NCBI GenBank assembly: GCA_963706575.1
Contig: CAVPNL010000014.1
Location: 101,838 to 165,837 of the forward strand
Origin: an uncultured delta proteobacterium
Lineage (GTDB): Bacteria > Desulfobacterota > Desulfobacteria > Desulfobacterales > JAHEIW01
Reading direction: 5' to 3'
DNA: 64,000 nt
Each line of letters starts with the position of its first letter. Positions within the stretch are counted from its first letter, which is position 1. A program made the translations under genes and the position numbers. Below, one piece after another: positions 9,358-18,146 of this stretch. The notes under the pieces are model-generated. The model made no database searches and was not told where the DNA came from. It saw only the letters and a program-made list of their open reading frames with translations.

Positions 9358-10137
9358 ATGATTTCAATTAACGATCTAACCTTTGCCTACAGCGGGCAAC
9401 CGCCTTTATTTCAAGATTATTGTTTGCATGTCAACCGTGGTGAGGCACTTTCAATCATCGGTCCTTCCGGATGCGGCAAAACAACCCTGCTATATTTGCT
9501 GGCCGGCTTGCGCCACCCCCAATCCGGCAAGATAATTATCGGCGACAAACCGATTTCCCGCCCCCGGCCGCGCAGCGGGCTGGTGCTGCAGGATCACGGC
9601 TTATTGCCCTGGCAAACGGTAAGAGAAAATGCCCGCCTGGGGCTTACCATCTGGGGATTTTACGGATCAGACGGCCGGCACGCCCCGGCAGACGAGAAGC
9701 TGGTTCCAAACCAAGCCGATCAACGAGTCGATGACTGGCTCAAAAAACTGGGGATCGAGGGTCTGAAAAATCAATATCCGCTGCAACTATCCCGCGGGCA
9801 GCGCCAACGCACAGCCATCGCGCGCACGCTGGCGATGCGACCGGATTTACTTTTGATGGATGAGCCTTTTTCAGCCCTGGATGCCCCCACCCGTGAGGAT
9901 CTGCAAAACTTCATCGTCACGTTACACGATGAATCTGATTTAACCTATATCATCGTCACCCATAACATCGAGGTCGCCGTTGTCATGGGCAAAAAAATTT
10001 TGGTATTAAAGAAAGGCTGCAATCAAAAGGCTCAAATCATGGACAATGCCTGTGCCGGATTCACCGATGGCCGCATGCAGGCTGAGTTTCAAATGCAATG
10101 TGAAGATTTGCGCAAACTTCTAGGCTCAATGACATGA
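9358..10137 (+). CDS. ABC transporter ATP-binding protein (NitT/TauT type)
   Basis: GPSGCGKTT, LLPWQTVREN, LSRGQRQR, LLLMDEPFSALD. Confidence 0.92.
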   Translation: MISINDLTFAYSGQPPLFQDYCLHVNRGEALSIIGPSGCGKTTLLYLLAGLRHPQSGKIIIGDKPISRPRPRSGLVLQDHGLLPWQTVRENARLGLTIWGFYGSDGRHAPADEKLVPNQADQRVDDWLKKLGIEGLKNQYPLQLSRGQRQRTAIARTLAMRPDLLLMDEPFSALDAPTREDLQNFIVTLHDESDLTYIIVTHNIEVAVVMGKKILVLKKGCNQKAQIMDNACAGFTDGRMQAEFQMQCEDLRKLLGSMT

Positions 10138-10892
10138 GACGCAGGTTAAACATACGCGCAGCCCTCATCGGGCTGTTAATGTTTTTTGCCATCTGGCAAC
10201 TGCTGGCCTGGATCATCCACCGACCCATCATGCCCTCACCGCTTCAGGTGCTTCCGATATTCGGAGCCTCCTTATTCGGCGACCTGGGGATTCACTTTTT
10301 AGCGAGTACCGGACGTGTGTTGGCTGCCATCGGTCTGGCGGTTGTCACTGCGGTACCCATCGGATTGGGTCTGGGTCAGGTTCCAAAAGTCAATCGCATC
10401 TTTGCCCCCCTGATTGCCATCGTCTATCCGATCCCCAAAATTGTGTTTTTGCCGGTCATCTATGTTCTGATGGGCATCACCGATATTTCCAAAATTTTTT
10501 TAATAGCGATTATTATTTTTTTCCAGATTCTGGTCGTTGTCAGGGATGAAGCCGCAAATCTGCATCCGGAATTGATTCTGTCGGTGCGCTCGCTGGGTGC
10601 CGGCCGCCGGGCACTATTCCGCTATGTTTACTTTCCGGCATCGCTGCCGGCAGTCCTGACAGCCCTGCGCGTCTCCGCCGGAACCGCCATTGCGGTGCTG
10701 TTTATCGCCGAACAATCTTTAACCACTTACGGTTTGGGATATTATATCGTTGTCGAAACTTATCAGGTGTTGAGATACCCAGAGATGTATGCCGGCATCC
10801 TGGCCATGAGCCTGCTGGGTTTGGTGCTTTATTTTATGATCTACAATATGGAACTGAAGGTAAATCGCTATCGAGGGGAAGAACACAATTAA
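10134..10892 (+). CDS. ABC transporter permease (NitT/TauT type)
   Basis: Multiple TM segments; YPIPKIVFLP; EAA-like RSLGAGR; ATGA overlap with the ATPase gene. Confidence 0.92.
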   Translation: MRRRLNIRAALIGLLMFFAIWQLLAWIIHRPIMPSPLQVLPIFGASLFGDLGIHFLASTGRVLAAIGLAVVTAVPIGLGLGQVPKVNRIFAPLIAIVYPIPKIVFLPVIYVLMGITDISKIFLIAIIIFFQILVVVRDEAANLHPELILSVRSLGAGRRALFRYVYFPASLPAVLTALRVSAGTAIAVLFIAEQSLTTYGLGYYIVVETYQVLRYPEMYAGILAMSLLGLVLYFMIYNMELKVNRYRGEEHN

Positions 10893-10928
10893 ATGGAGGG
10901 ATCGACGGAGCTTATACCTTTCAAGTTT

Positions 10929-11014
10929 GTCATTCCCGCGAAGCCTGTCGCCGCGCAGGTGGGGAGCGGGAATCCAGAAACATGGCCTGGATACCCGCCT
11001 GACGCGGGTATGAC
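10929..11014. repeat. REP-like palindrome, second copy of the 8083 family
   Basis: GTCATTCCCGCG…GCGGGAATCCAG…CTGGATACCCGCCTGACGCGGGTATGAC. Confidence 0.8.
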
Positions 11015-11047
11015 GGTAATAAAGGCTCCCTGGCTCCTGCTATTGAT

Positions 11048-11959
11048 ATGATCGAAAAAAACTCTGGGAACATTTCAAAAATGGATGCCTGGATGCTGGC
11101 GGCCCGGCCGCGCACGCTTCCGGCGGCCGTGGCGCCGGTGCTGGTCGGCACCGCTATGGCAATCGCCGACAAGCATTTTGCGTGGCCGCCGGCCGCGGCC
11201 GCTTTAGCGGTGGCATTACTGCTGCAAATCGGTGTCAATCTGGCAAATGATTATTTCGATTACGTCAAGGGCATCGATACCCAGGACCGTCAGGGGCCGC
11301 CCCGGGTAACGCAGAGTGGGCTTATTCCGGCCAAACAGGTAAGGGCCGGTATGCTGGTTACCATCATTCTGAGTGTCATCCCGGGCCTCTACCTGGCAAG
11401 CGTTGGTGGCTGGCCGGTTATTTTGATCGGATTTTTCAGTTTCGGTGCGGCGCTGGCCTATAGCGGCGGGCCTTTTCCACTGGCGTCCCATGGGCTCGGT
11501 GACCTTTTCGTCTTCATTTTTTTCGGACTGGTGGCGGTGGGCGGCACCTATTACGTCCAAGCGCTGCGTTTAACGCCGATGGTCTGGTTGATGGGGGCAG
11601 TTCAAGGGCTGCTGATCACCGCCATTCTGGTTGTTAATAACCTGAGAGACATTCAAACGGATCGCCGCAGTGGCAAGCGTACCCTGGCGGTTATGATCGG
11701 TGAGCGCGGGTCCAGGATTGAATACCTGCTGTTGCTCTGCACGGCCTACGCAATACCCATCATCCTCTGGTTGGGCGGGCGAAGTTCGGTCTGGGTGATT
11801 CTGCCGGTTTTTTCCCTGCCCCTGGCGATTTCTTTAATGCGCCTCGTCTGGTCAGATTCAAGCGGTACGATCCTAAATAAGGCGCTGGCAAACACCGCCA
11901 GATTGGCACTGATTTTTAGTTTGCTCTTATCCATCGGCCTGATTTTCTCGTTTAGGTAG
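11048..11959 (+). CDS. menA: 1,4-dihydroxy-2-naphthoate polyprenyltransferase
   Basis: AARPRTLPAA, NLANDYFDYVKGID, LVVNNLRDIQTD…GKRTLAV (UbiA-family MenA motifs). Confidence 0.93.
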   Translation: MIEKNSGNISKMDAWMLAARPRTLPAAVAPVLVGTAMAIADKHFAWPPAAAALAVALLLQIGVNLANDYFDYVKGIDTQDRQGPPRVTQSGLIPAKQVRAGMLVTIILSVIPGLYLASVGGWPVILIGFFSFGAALAYSGGPFPLASHGLGDLFVFIFFGLVAVGGTYYVQALRLTPMVWLMGAVQGLLITAILVVNNLRDIQTDRRSGKRTLAVMIGERGSRIEYLLLLCTAYAIPIILWLGGRSSVWVILPVFSLPLAISLMRLVWSDSSGTILNKALANTARLALIFSLLLSIGLIFSFR

Positions 11960-12023
11960 AAGGGGCTCGCCCGGCAATGCACTTCGCAAAAATTGTAGAT
12001 CCCTTTCAAAATCATTAAATAAC

Positions 12024-12067
12024 AAGTGACTAAAGTGAACTAAAGCTGGAAGTGACTAAAGTTAAGG
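12024..12067 (+). repeat. Short-period tandem repeat (AAGTG(A/C)CTA-type units)
   Basis: aagtgactaaagtgaactaaag…aagtgactaaagttaagg; same family as 17979-18110 and 22082-22126. Confidence 0.75.
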
Positions 12068-12133
12068 AAGAAAGATATTTTTTAGAGCTTAAATTAGATG
12101 CATCCAATACCAATTCAGTTTCCCTGGTAAACA

Positions 12134-13216
12134 TCAAACCAAAATCACACATTTTTCCGGATTTAAAAATATATAGAGTTCCTGTCCTTCTTCCTGCGGC
12201 AGATTGTGGGGAACCTGCACCCGGATCATGGTGTCATTTACGCTGACAAAAAAGAATAAAAAGTTGCCCAGATAGGCCTTGTGGACAATCTTGCCCTTGA
12301 ACACATTTTCCATGGCCTGGGGCGGTTCGGCAAATACGTCTACATCCTCGGGTCGTATCGATGCATATACTTTTGCGCCGGGTGCCGCGGCCGTGCTGTC
12401 TGGCGTCATACACACCATCTTATCGCTGAATTCGGTCCGCACGGAAACCGCATTCCGGTCCTGCAAAACTTCGATGACTTCCCCGGACATAAAGTTCATG
12501 GTGCCGATGAAATCGGCCACAAAGCGATTGGCGGGTTTTTTATAAATGTCCTGGGGATGGCCGATTTGCACCACGTTGCCTGAATCCATGACGGCGATAC
12601 GGTCCGAGATTACCATGGCTTCGGCCTGGTCGTGGGTGACATAAACCGCTGTGATGCCCATGCGTCTGACCAGGCTTTTGATTTCAAATCTTAATTCTTC
12701 TCTGAGCTTGGCATCCAGATTGCTCAGCGGTTCATCCAAGAGCAAAACTTTGGGATTGGTTACCAGTGCGCGTGCAAGTGCCACCCGTTGTTGCTGGCCG
12801 CCGCTCAATTGAGCCGGATATCTGTCCTCCAGGCCGGCCAACCCCACCAGCTCCAATACCTGCTCGGCCCGTTCCCGGATTTTTGGCTTTGGTATCTTCT
12901 GAAGTTTCAAACCGTAAACAATATTGCTGAATACCTTCATGTGCGGCCAGACAGCATAGTTTTGGAACACCATACCGATTCCCCGTTTTGCCGGCGGGAC
13001 AAATCCTTGCGATAGCATCGGCTGGCCGTCAATAATGATGTCGCCTTCTTCCGGTTTCTCCAATCCGGCGATGCAGCGCAAGGTGGTTGTTTTGCCGCAT
13101 CCGCTGGGCCCCAGCAGCGTCAGCATTTCTCCCTTGTTGATTTCAAGCTGGATGCGATTAATGGCCACAACGTCCTTGAAGCGCTTGAACAAGTTTTGGA
13201 TCTCGATAAATGCCAT
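12134..13216 (-). CDS. ABC transporter ATP-binding protein (FbpC/PotA class, TOBE domain)
   Basis: GPSGCGKTT, LSGGQQQRVALAR, LLLDEPLSNLD, YVTHDQAEA. Confidence 0.95.
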   Translation of the reverse strand: MAFIEIQNLFKRFKDVVAINRIQLEINKGEMLTLLGPSGCGKTTTLRCIAGLEKPEEGDIIIDGQPMLSQGFVPPAKRGIGMVFQNYAVWPHMKVFSNIVYGLKLQKIPKPKIRERAEQVLELVGLAGLEDRYPAQLSGGQQQRVALARALVTNPKVLLLDEPLSNLDAKLREELRFEIKSLVRRMGITAVYVTHDQAEAMVISDRIAVMDSGNVVQIGHPQDIYKKPANRFVADFIGTMNFMSGEVIEVLQDRNAVSVRTEFSDKMVCMTPDSTAAAPGAKVYASIRPEDVDVFAEPPQAMENVFKGKIVHKAYLGNFLFFFVSVNDTMIRVQVPHNLPQEEGQELYIFLNPEKCVILV

Positions 13217-13234
13217 TCAGTTTGTCTCCTTGCT

Positions 13235-13307
13235 GGGTTCAAGGTTCCCCGTTCAACGTTCAGGGTTATTTCAACCTTGAACCTCTGAACCCTGAACCTT
13301 TGAACCC
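13235..13307. repeat. Inverted array of GGTTCA/TGAACC heptamer-like repeats
   Basis: gggttcaaggttcc…gttcagggtt on the left arm; ttgaacctctgaaccctgaacctttgaaccc on the right arm. Confidence 0.75.
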
Positions 13308-14984
13308 TTATTTTTCCCCCGCCCCCCAGGCAGCTTTGAGGACGCCGCCGCCGATTCTGGATATGATCAGCAGAAGGATAAAGGTGATCACAATCATCAG
13401 AAACGCCATAGCGGCGGCAATTCCGAACTCCATGCCGCGATGCCAGTTCAAATAGATTCCGATGGGCAAGGTTTCCCACCCGCCGCGATAAAGGAATATC
13501 GCGGTCGAGATCTCCTGGAACGCCATGATGAAAAACATCACCACGCCCACCAGCACCCCTTTGAGCAGCAAAGGCAAAGAGATATGAAAAAACGTTCTGA
13601 CTTTACCTGCGCCCGAAACTTCGGAGGCCTCCTCGAGCGACGGATCCAGCTGCAGGTAAGAGGAATGCGCCATCCGCAAAAAATACGGCAGCCGTCGTGT
13701 AAACAGGGCCAACGGCATGATTATCCAGTACGTGGCTATGGGTATGCGGTCCCAAAATGCCAGGAGATAAGCCACGCCGATGGCGATACCCGGAAACGCC
13801 AGCATCAGTGTGATCACAAAGTCGAGTGCATCCCGGCCCGCAACACGGGTGCGCACGATGATGTAGGCGGCCGGAAGCCCGAAGGCGATCCCGAAAACCA
13901 GAGCAATCCCGCTGAAGAGGAAGGAGTTTTTTATCAGGCCCGGGCTTTCCAGCAGGATGAGCCTGAAATTTTCGAGCGTCCAATAGGTTGGAAATACCTC
14001 AAAGGTCCATCTTCTGGAAAAAGCGGCTAACCCCAGCACGATCGGAATCAGCAGAACGAGGATGGCGATAAAAATCATGTATACATACGCCCCTGATTTC
14101 ACCAGTGGGCTCGGTTCGATGACCCGGCCTTCAGAGGTGGTCCCTTTCGAAAGACCGGTATACTTTCTCTTCTCGACCCACCACCTGGCGAATAAAAAGA
14201 GGCTAATGCACACAACCGCAGAAACAACCACGGCCACAATCCCCATGTATTTGCGATGCATGTCGGTAAAATGATAGGCGATATTAATGTACGAAACCGA
14301 AGGCAAATAATCCACCTGCCCCAGAATCAACGGCGTCAGCCAGTCGGTGAAGGGCCACAGAAACACGAGGACGGCGCCCGCCATATAACTCGGCGTGCAG
14401 AGCGGCAGGGTAATCGTGAAAAATCTCCTGAAACCGCTGGCGCCCTCGACTTCGGCGGCTTCTTCAAAGGAGGGGTCGATGTTGCTGAAGCCGGCCGAAA
14501 GACCGAGGACGATAAAAGGGAGCATGTGCAGGGACTGTATAAATACCAGACCGTGCCGCCCGTAGATGAAATTGATGGGCTTTTCGATCAACCCCATATC
14601 CATAAGGAGCAGATTCAGGGTTCCATACTTGCCGAAAAAAATGATAAATGCAAATACGCCCGCGAACGCGGGTAAAACGATCGGTAACAGGATCAGGGCT
14701 GTGAAAATGGTCTTACCCCAGTGCCGGTATCTCGCCAGAATGTAGGCCAGGGGCACGCCAAACACGGTGGTCGTTACAAGCAACAGCGTGCTCAGGAGCA
14801 AGGTGTTTCCAAAAGTTTTTAAATAATAGGTGTCCTGGAAAAATTCTAAATAATTTTGGATGCCCCAGCTGTCAGTTCCGGAGATTTTGAAGCTTTCCAA
14901 TACCACAATTGACAGCGGATAAAGCACGAAAAAACCAATAATCAGCCACAGGAATGCTGCCAGATAGTAATTGCCACGCGACAT
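13308..14984 (-). CDS. ABC transporter permease (FbpB-like, two permease domains)
   Basis: Two EAA loops (EEAAEVEGASG, EEASEVSGAG) and many TM segments. The ATG at 14984 has a GAAGGA RBS. Confidence 0.92.
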   Translation of the reverse strand: MSRGNYYLAAFLWLIIGFFVLYPLSIVVLESFKISGTDSWGIQNYLEFFQDTYYLKTFGNTLLLSTLLLVTTTVFGVPLAYILARYRHWGKTIFTALILLPIVLPAFAGVFAFIIFFGKYGTLNLLLMDMGLIEKPINFIYGRHGLVFIQSLHMLPFIVLGLSAGFSNIDPSFEEAAEVEGASGFRRFFTITLPLCTPSYMAGAVLVFLWPFTDWLTPLILGQVDYLPSVSYINIAYHFTDMHRKYMGIVAVVVSAVVCISLFLFARWWVEKRKYTGLSKGTTSEGRVIEPSPLVKSGAYVYMIFIAILVLLIPIVLGLAAFSRRWTFEVFPTYWTLENFRLILLESPGLIKNSFLFSGIALVFGIAFGLPAAYIIVRTRVAGRDALDFVITLMLAFPGIAIGVAYLLAFWDRIPIATYWIIMPLALFTRRLPYFLRMAHSSYLQLDPSLEEASEVSGAGKVRTFFHISLPLLLKGVLVGVVMFFIMAFQEISTAIFLYRGGWETLPIGIYLNWHRGMEFGIAAAMAFLMIVITFILLLIISRIGGGVLKAAWGAGEK

Positions 14985-15029
14985 ATCACATCCTTCTGGG
15001 TCTGCTGCGTGATCTATGATCAAGCGATG

Positions 15030-15085
15030 GCCTGCCCTGTTAAGTTCTCGTTAGGTATCGCTGAGAGATATTTAACAGGGCAGGC
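15030..15085. repeat. Intercistronic inverted repeat (14-bp arms)
   Basis: GCCTGCCCTGTTAA…TTAACAGGGCAGGC between the binding-protein and permease genes. Confidence 0.75.
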
Positions 15086-15131
15086 TGGAATATCAAGTTC
15101 AGATCGTTTTGGGTCGATTCGGGTAATTTCG

Positions 15132-16553
15132 CTACCCGGGTCGCCGACGCAACGCGATGACCACTGCTACAACTGAAACCAAAAGGGCTATTATGAGTAA
15201 CACGATAATTCCAGTTGGTATCTCTGCTTTAGGAGCGGCTGCAGGGGCAGCAGCAACCGCAGCAGCAGGGATCGCGCGGGCCTCCGCTGCAGCCAGACGG
15301 GCTGCCGCATAGGCACCATCTATCTCGAAAAGCTTGCGGGCTTCCTTTATTTTCGCCTCAGCCTTTGTGACATCTTTCTGCTGGCCCCTGGCCACCTCAA
15401 TTTCTCCCTCAACCTCCTCAATCAGGAACAGGCTGCCTTTCAGTTCCCCCCATTTGCGATAGATTTCGAATTCGTATTTCTTATTGACTTCGTCCCATCG
15501 CTTGGTCGCCAGATCCAGGTCATATTCGATGAAGTCGACTTTCAAATCCCAGAACGAGTCAACTCCCAGCGCCTTCTTGGCATGGGTGGCCATTTCGAGA
15601 CCTTCTTTTTCCCACTCGGAGAATTTAATGTCCGTCCTGGCTGCGAAGTAACGGCCCTCCAGAACGTATTTTTGTCCGTCCATGCTGAACAACCAGTCCA
15701 GAAAGATTTTGCCGACCTCTTCGTTGGGTGCGCCTTTCAGCAAAGCCACGGCCTCCGGAACCAGGATTGTTTTTTCCGGGAGCAAATCCCGTACCGGAAA
15801 ACCATCTTTGCGCGCAGCCATTGCGTTCATTTGCGGCTGTGCAATCCCGATGGGAACTTCACCACGGGCCGTCAATTGAGTCGTATCGGTACTGCCGGTG
15901 GAAAAACGGGCCAGCTGCGCTGCCAGCAATCTGAGATATTTCCAGGCTTCCTCTTCTCCAAATGCCTGCAGGAGAATTTCTATGGTTTCGTGCATGGTGC
16001 CGGAGGCGTAAGGCAGGGTATGCACGACATTTCCCCTGTAAATGGGATTGAGAAGATCGTGCCAAGTTTTTGGCGGCGGCAGTCTTAGCTTTTTCAAAAC
16101 CTTTTCGTTGTATAGATTGGTAACAATCCAGGGCGCGAAACAGGTCCATAAATCACCTTCATCTTTTACTTTCATACCGTGCCATTCGGCGGGAACTTTA
16201 TCCCAATCCTTTGGTCTGTATGGGACAATCAGTCCCTCCTTTTTTAAAACCTCATGCGCCGGGGCGCCGGCGCCCAGAAAAATATCGGCATCCGGTTTGC
16301 CGCCCCATGCTCTGACTTTGTCCAGACAGACCGGCCATCCGCCCGGCCGCACGAAAGTGATGTCCACGTCCTTGTCATAGGTCTTTTTATAGTATTCCTT
16401 GAAACCTTTGGTCAGACTGGCAGATAATTCTTTGTAAACGGGACCGACCCAGCCGATTTTGTCCGCAGCCTGCGCTTCCACCGCAAAAGTCAGCAGCAAC
16501 AGTGCCATTGAAAAAATAGAAAAAATTGTTATGGCCAGGATCTTCTTTTTCAT
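15132..16553 (-). CDS. ABC transporter substrate-binding protein (Fe3+/phosphonate/thiamine class) with C-terminal linker and TM anchor
   Basis: Signal peptide; KPDADIFLG, PPPKTWHDLLNPIYRG, KIFLDWLFSMDGQ; C-terminal Ala/Pro linker, hydrophobic helix and RRR; GGAGG RBS. Confidence 0.88.
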   Translation of the reverse strand: MKKKILAITIFSIFSMALLLLTFAVEAQAADKIGWVGPVYKELSASLTKGFKEYYKKTYDKDVDITFVRPGGWPVCLDKVRAWGGKPDADIFLGAGAPAHEVLKKEGLIVPYRPKDWDKVPAEWHGMKVKDEGDLWTCFAPWIVTNLYNEKVLKKLRLPPPKTWHDLLNPIYRGNVVHTLPYASGTMHETIEILLQAFGEEEAWKYLRLLAAQLARFSTGSTDTTQLTARGEVPIGIAQPQMNAMAARKDGFPVRDLLPEKTILVPEAVALLKGAPNEEVGKIFLDWLFSMDGQKYVLEGRYFAARTDIKFSEWEKEGLEMATHAKKALGVDSFWDLKVDFIEYDLDLATKRWDEVNKKYEFEIYRKWGELKGSLFLIEEVEGEIEVARGQQKDVTKAEAKIKEARKLFEIDGAYAAARLAAAEARAIPAAAVAAAPAAAPKAEIPTGIIVLLIIALLVSVVAVVIALRRRPG

Positions 16554-17057
16554 TTTGACCTCCTTTTTTGTGATCGGATCACATTTAAAAAAATGTCTTT
16601 ATCCTCAATGACCTCCTGTTGTGAGTTTTTTCTCAATTGATCTATAGCCAGAAACTTTACGAACAATTCCTTTCGGCCCTCACCTCCTTTCTTCGTTTTC
16701 ATCGGTTAGAATGGAAACATAAACAATACAGACATTTTAGAAATCTGAACAAATATAAAGTCCATAAGTTTATAGAATTGGTGCTTAAAAAGGCGGAAGG
16801 TATCAAATAGGGAGAAATTGTTAACTCTGTATTTAAAAAAAAAATGCAAAATTTATCTTGGACAAAACCCGTGTATATTCTAAACAGCACGCGCTTTTTT
16901 TTCGAGTAAAAGCAGTTAAATGAAAGAGGTAATGAATAGTGTATACAGGTAAATAGTGAAAATGCAAAGCGGCGTCAAGGATGAAAAATAATTAGGCCAG
17001 GAGATAAACATCGGCGGGAATAAATCTCATTAGCGAAATGTGGCAGAAAAACAAAAT

Positions 17058-17076
17058 GGGGGGCAAAATGCCCCCC
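17058..17076 (-). terminator. Rho-independent terminator after the zraP-like gene
   Basis: GGGGGGCA-AAA-TGCCCCCC hairpin followed by a T-rich run on the minus strand. Confidence 0.7.
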
Positions 17077-17108
17077 GGATGATTTTATTGTCAGTTAAAT
17101 TTCAAGGA

Positions 17109-17642
17109 TTAATTCCAGCAGCTGCCGGGGCCATAACCGCCACCGCCGCCATACATTCCGCGCCCCATTCCCCTGCCGCGGGGTCCGTAGCCGTCACCTC
17201 TGTATCCAGACCGCGGAAAATCTTTTCCCATCTTGATACGATGATCAAGGCGTTTTTGATCCAGCTGGCTTTCAAGATTGGAAATTTCCTTCTGAATCCC
17301 GGCGGCTTTTTTGGCGTCCGGTTCCGGTTTGGCCAGCTCGCTGCGCAGTTCAAGTTCCTTTTGATAAAGATTCTCTCTGAGATCGGATGTGGCTTCGAAA
17401 AAACGCTGACGTTCTTTGTCCAGTTTGGCGATGTCCTCGTCGCTCAGATCACTCTGATATCCCTGTCCACCATAGCCCCGGGGGCCTTGCCCCCAGCCGC
17501 CATGCATCCCATAGCCGGGACCCATATGATAGCCACCGCCGCCGTATCCTCTGCCCCAGCCGGCGAAAGAAGTAGCGGCAATCGCAAAAACGGCCACAAT
17601 AGCCAACACCATAAAAATCGTTCCTGTTTTGTTAAAATTCAT
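17109..17642 (-). CDS. zraP: Periplasmic Spy/CpxP/ZraP-family protein
   Basis: Signal peptide, Gly/Met-rich termini, helical core LRENLYQKELELRSELAKPEPD…IQKEISNL; divergent from a sensor kinase and sigma54 response regulator. Confidence 0.8.
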   Translation of the reverse strand: MNFNKTGTIFMVLAIVAVFAIAATSFAGWGRGYGGGGYHMGPGYGMHGGWGQGPRGYGGQGYQSDLSDEDIAKLDKERQRFFEATSDLRENLYQKELELRSELAKPEPDAKKAAGIQKEISNLESQLDQKRLDHRIKMGKDFPRSGYRGDGYGPRGRGMGRGMYGGGGGYGPGSCWN

Positions 17643-17790
17643 TTTTTTACCTCCATCTTTCAAAATTTCATATGAAATTTTGAATTGTTATTTGTTATTG
17701 GTTATCAGTTATTGGAATCTATGATTCTCTTATTCAATATTTTCCATAATTTTAATTTAAATCGAAATTCATTTAGTTGTTACTTTATAT

Positions 17791-17806
17791 CGCAAGTCCC
17801 GTGCCA
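17791..17806 (-). promoter_or_regulatory. sigma54 -24/-12 promoter for the zraP-like gene
   Basis: Minus strand reads TGGCACGGGACTTGCG (TGGCAC-N5-TTGC). Confidence 0.85.
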
Positions 17807-17923
17807 TAATCGTATGAGCGAACTAAAATTTTTATAACATATTGATTTTAAATAAATAATTACTATGTTTAGATGAGCATTGACAAAAAAATCCAATTTC
17901 ATTGGTTGAATAAAACCAAATAA

Positions 17924-17973
17924 TGGATACTATGTACCCAGTCGGGTTTTAATAATTGGGTATTTTATACACA
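17924..17973. promoter_or_regulatory. Putative pair of enhancer (UAS) palindromes for the ZraR-like activator
   Basis: TGGATA-N5-TACCCA (17924) and TGGGTA-N5-TACACA (17957), 33 bp apart, between the two sigma54 promoters. Confidence 0.55.
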
Positions 17974-17978
17974 AATTC

Positions 17979-18110
17979 AAAGTGCCTAAAATGCCTAAAA
18001 TGAGCTAAAGTGCCTAAAGTTAAGGTATCGCTATGCTCTATCTCTTATTATAAAAATGAAAGAATTCCAAAACTTTAGGCATTTTAGCGCACTTTAGTTC
18101 ACTTTAAACT
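17979..18110. repeat. Inverted array of AAGTGCCTA/TAGGCATTT-type short repeats
   Basis: aagtgcctaaaatgcctaaaatgagctaaagtgcctaaagt … actttaggcattttagcgcactttagttcacttt. Confidence 0.8.
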
Positions 18111-18117
18111 TATCAAG

Positions 18118-18133
18118 TGGCACCTGATTTGCT
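18118..18133 (+). promoter_or_regulatory. sigma54 -24/-12 promoter directly upstream of the zraS-like gene
   Basis: TGGCACCTGATTTGCT matches the TGGCAC-N5-TTGC consensus. Confidence 0.75.
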
Positions 18134-18146
18134 CTAACAATCCGCC

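Noticed and set aside
17979..18110. Repeat arrays as CRISPR
   Set aside because: Units are 7-10 bp with no unique spacers, and there are no cas genes.
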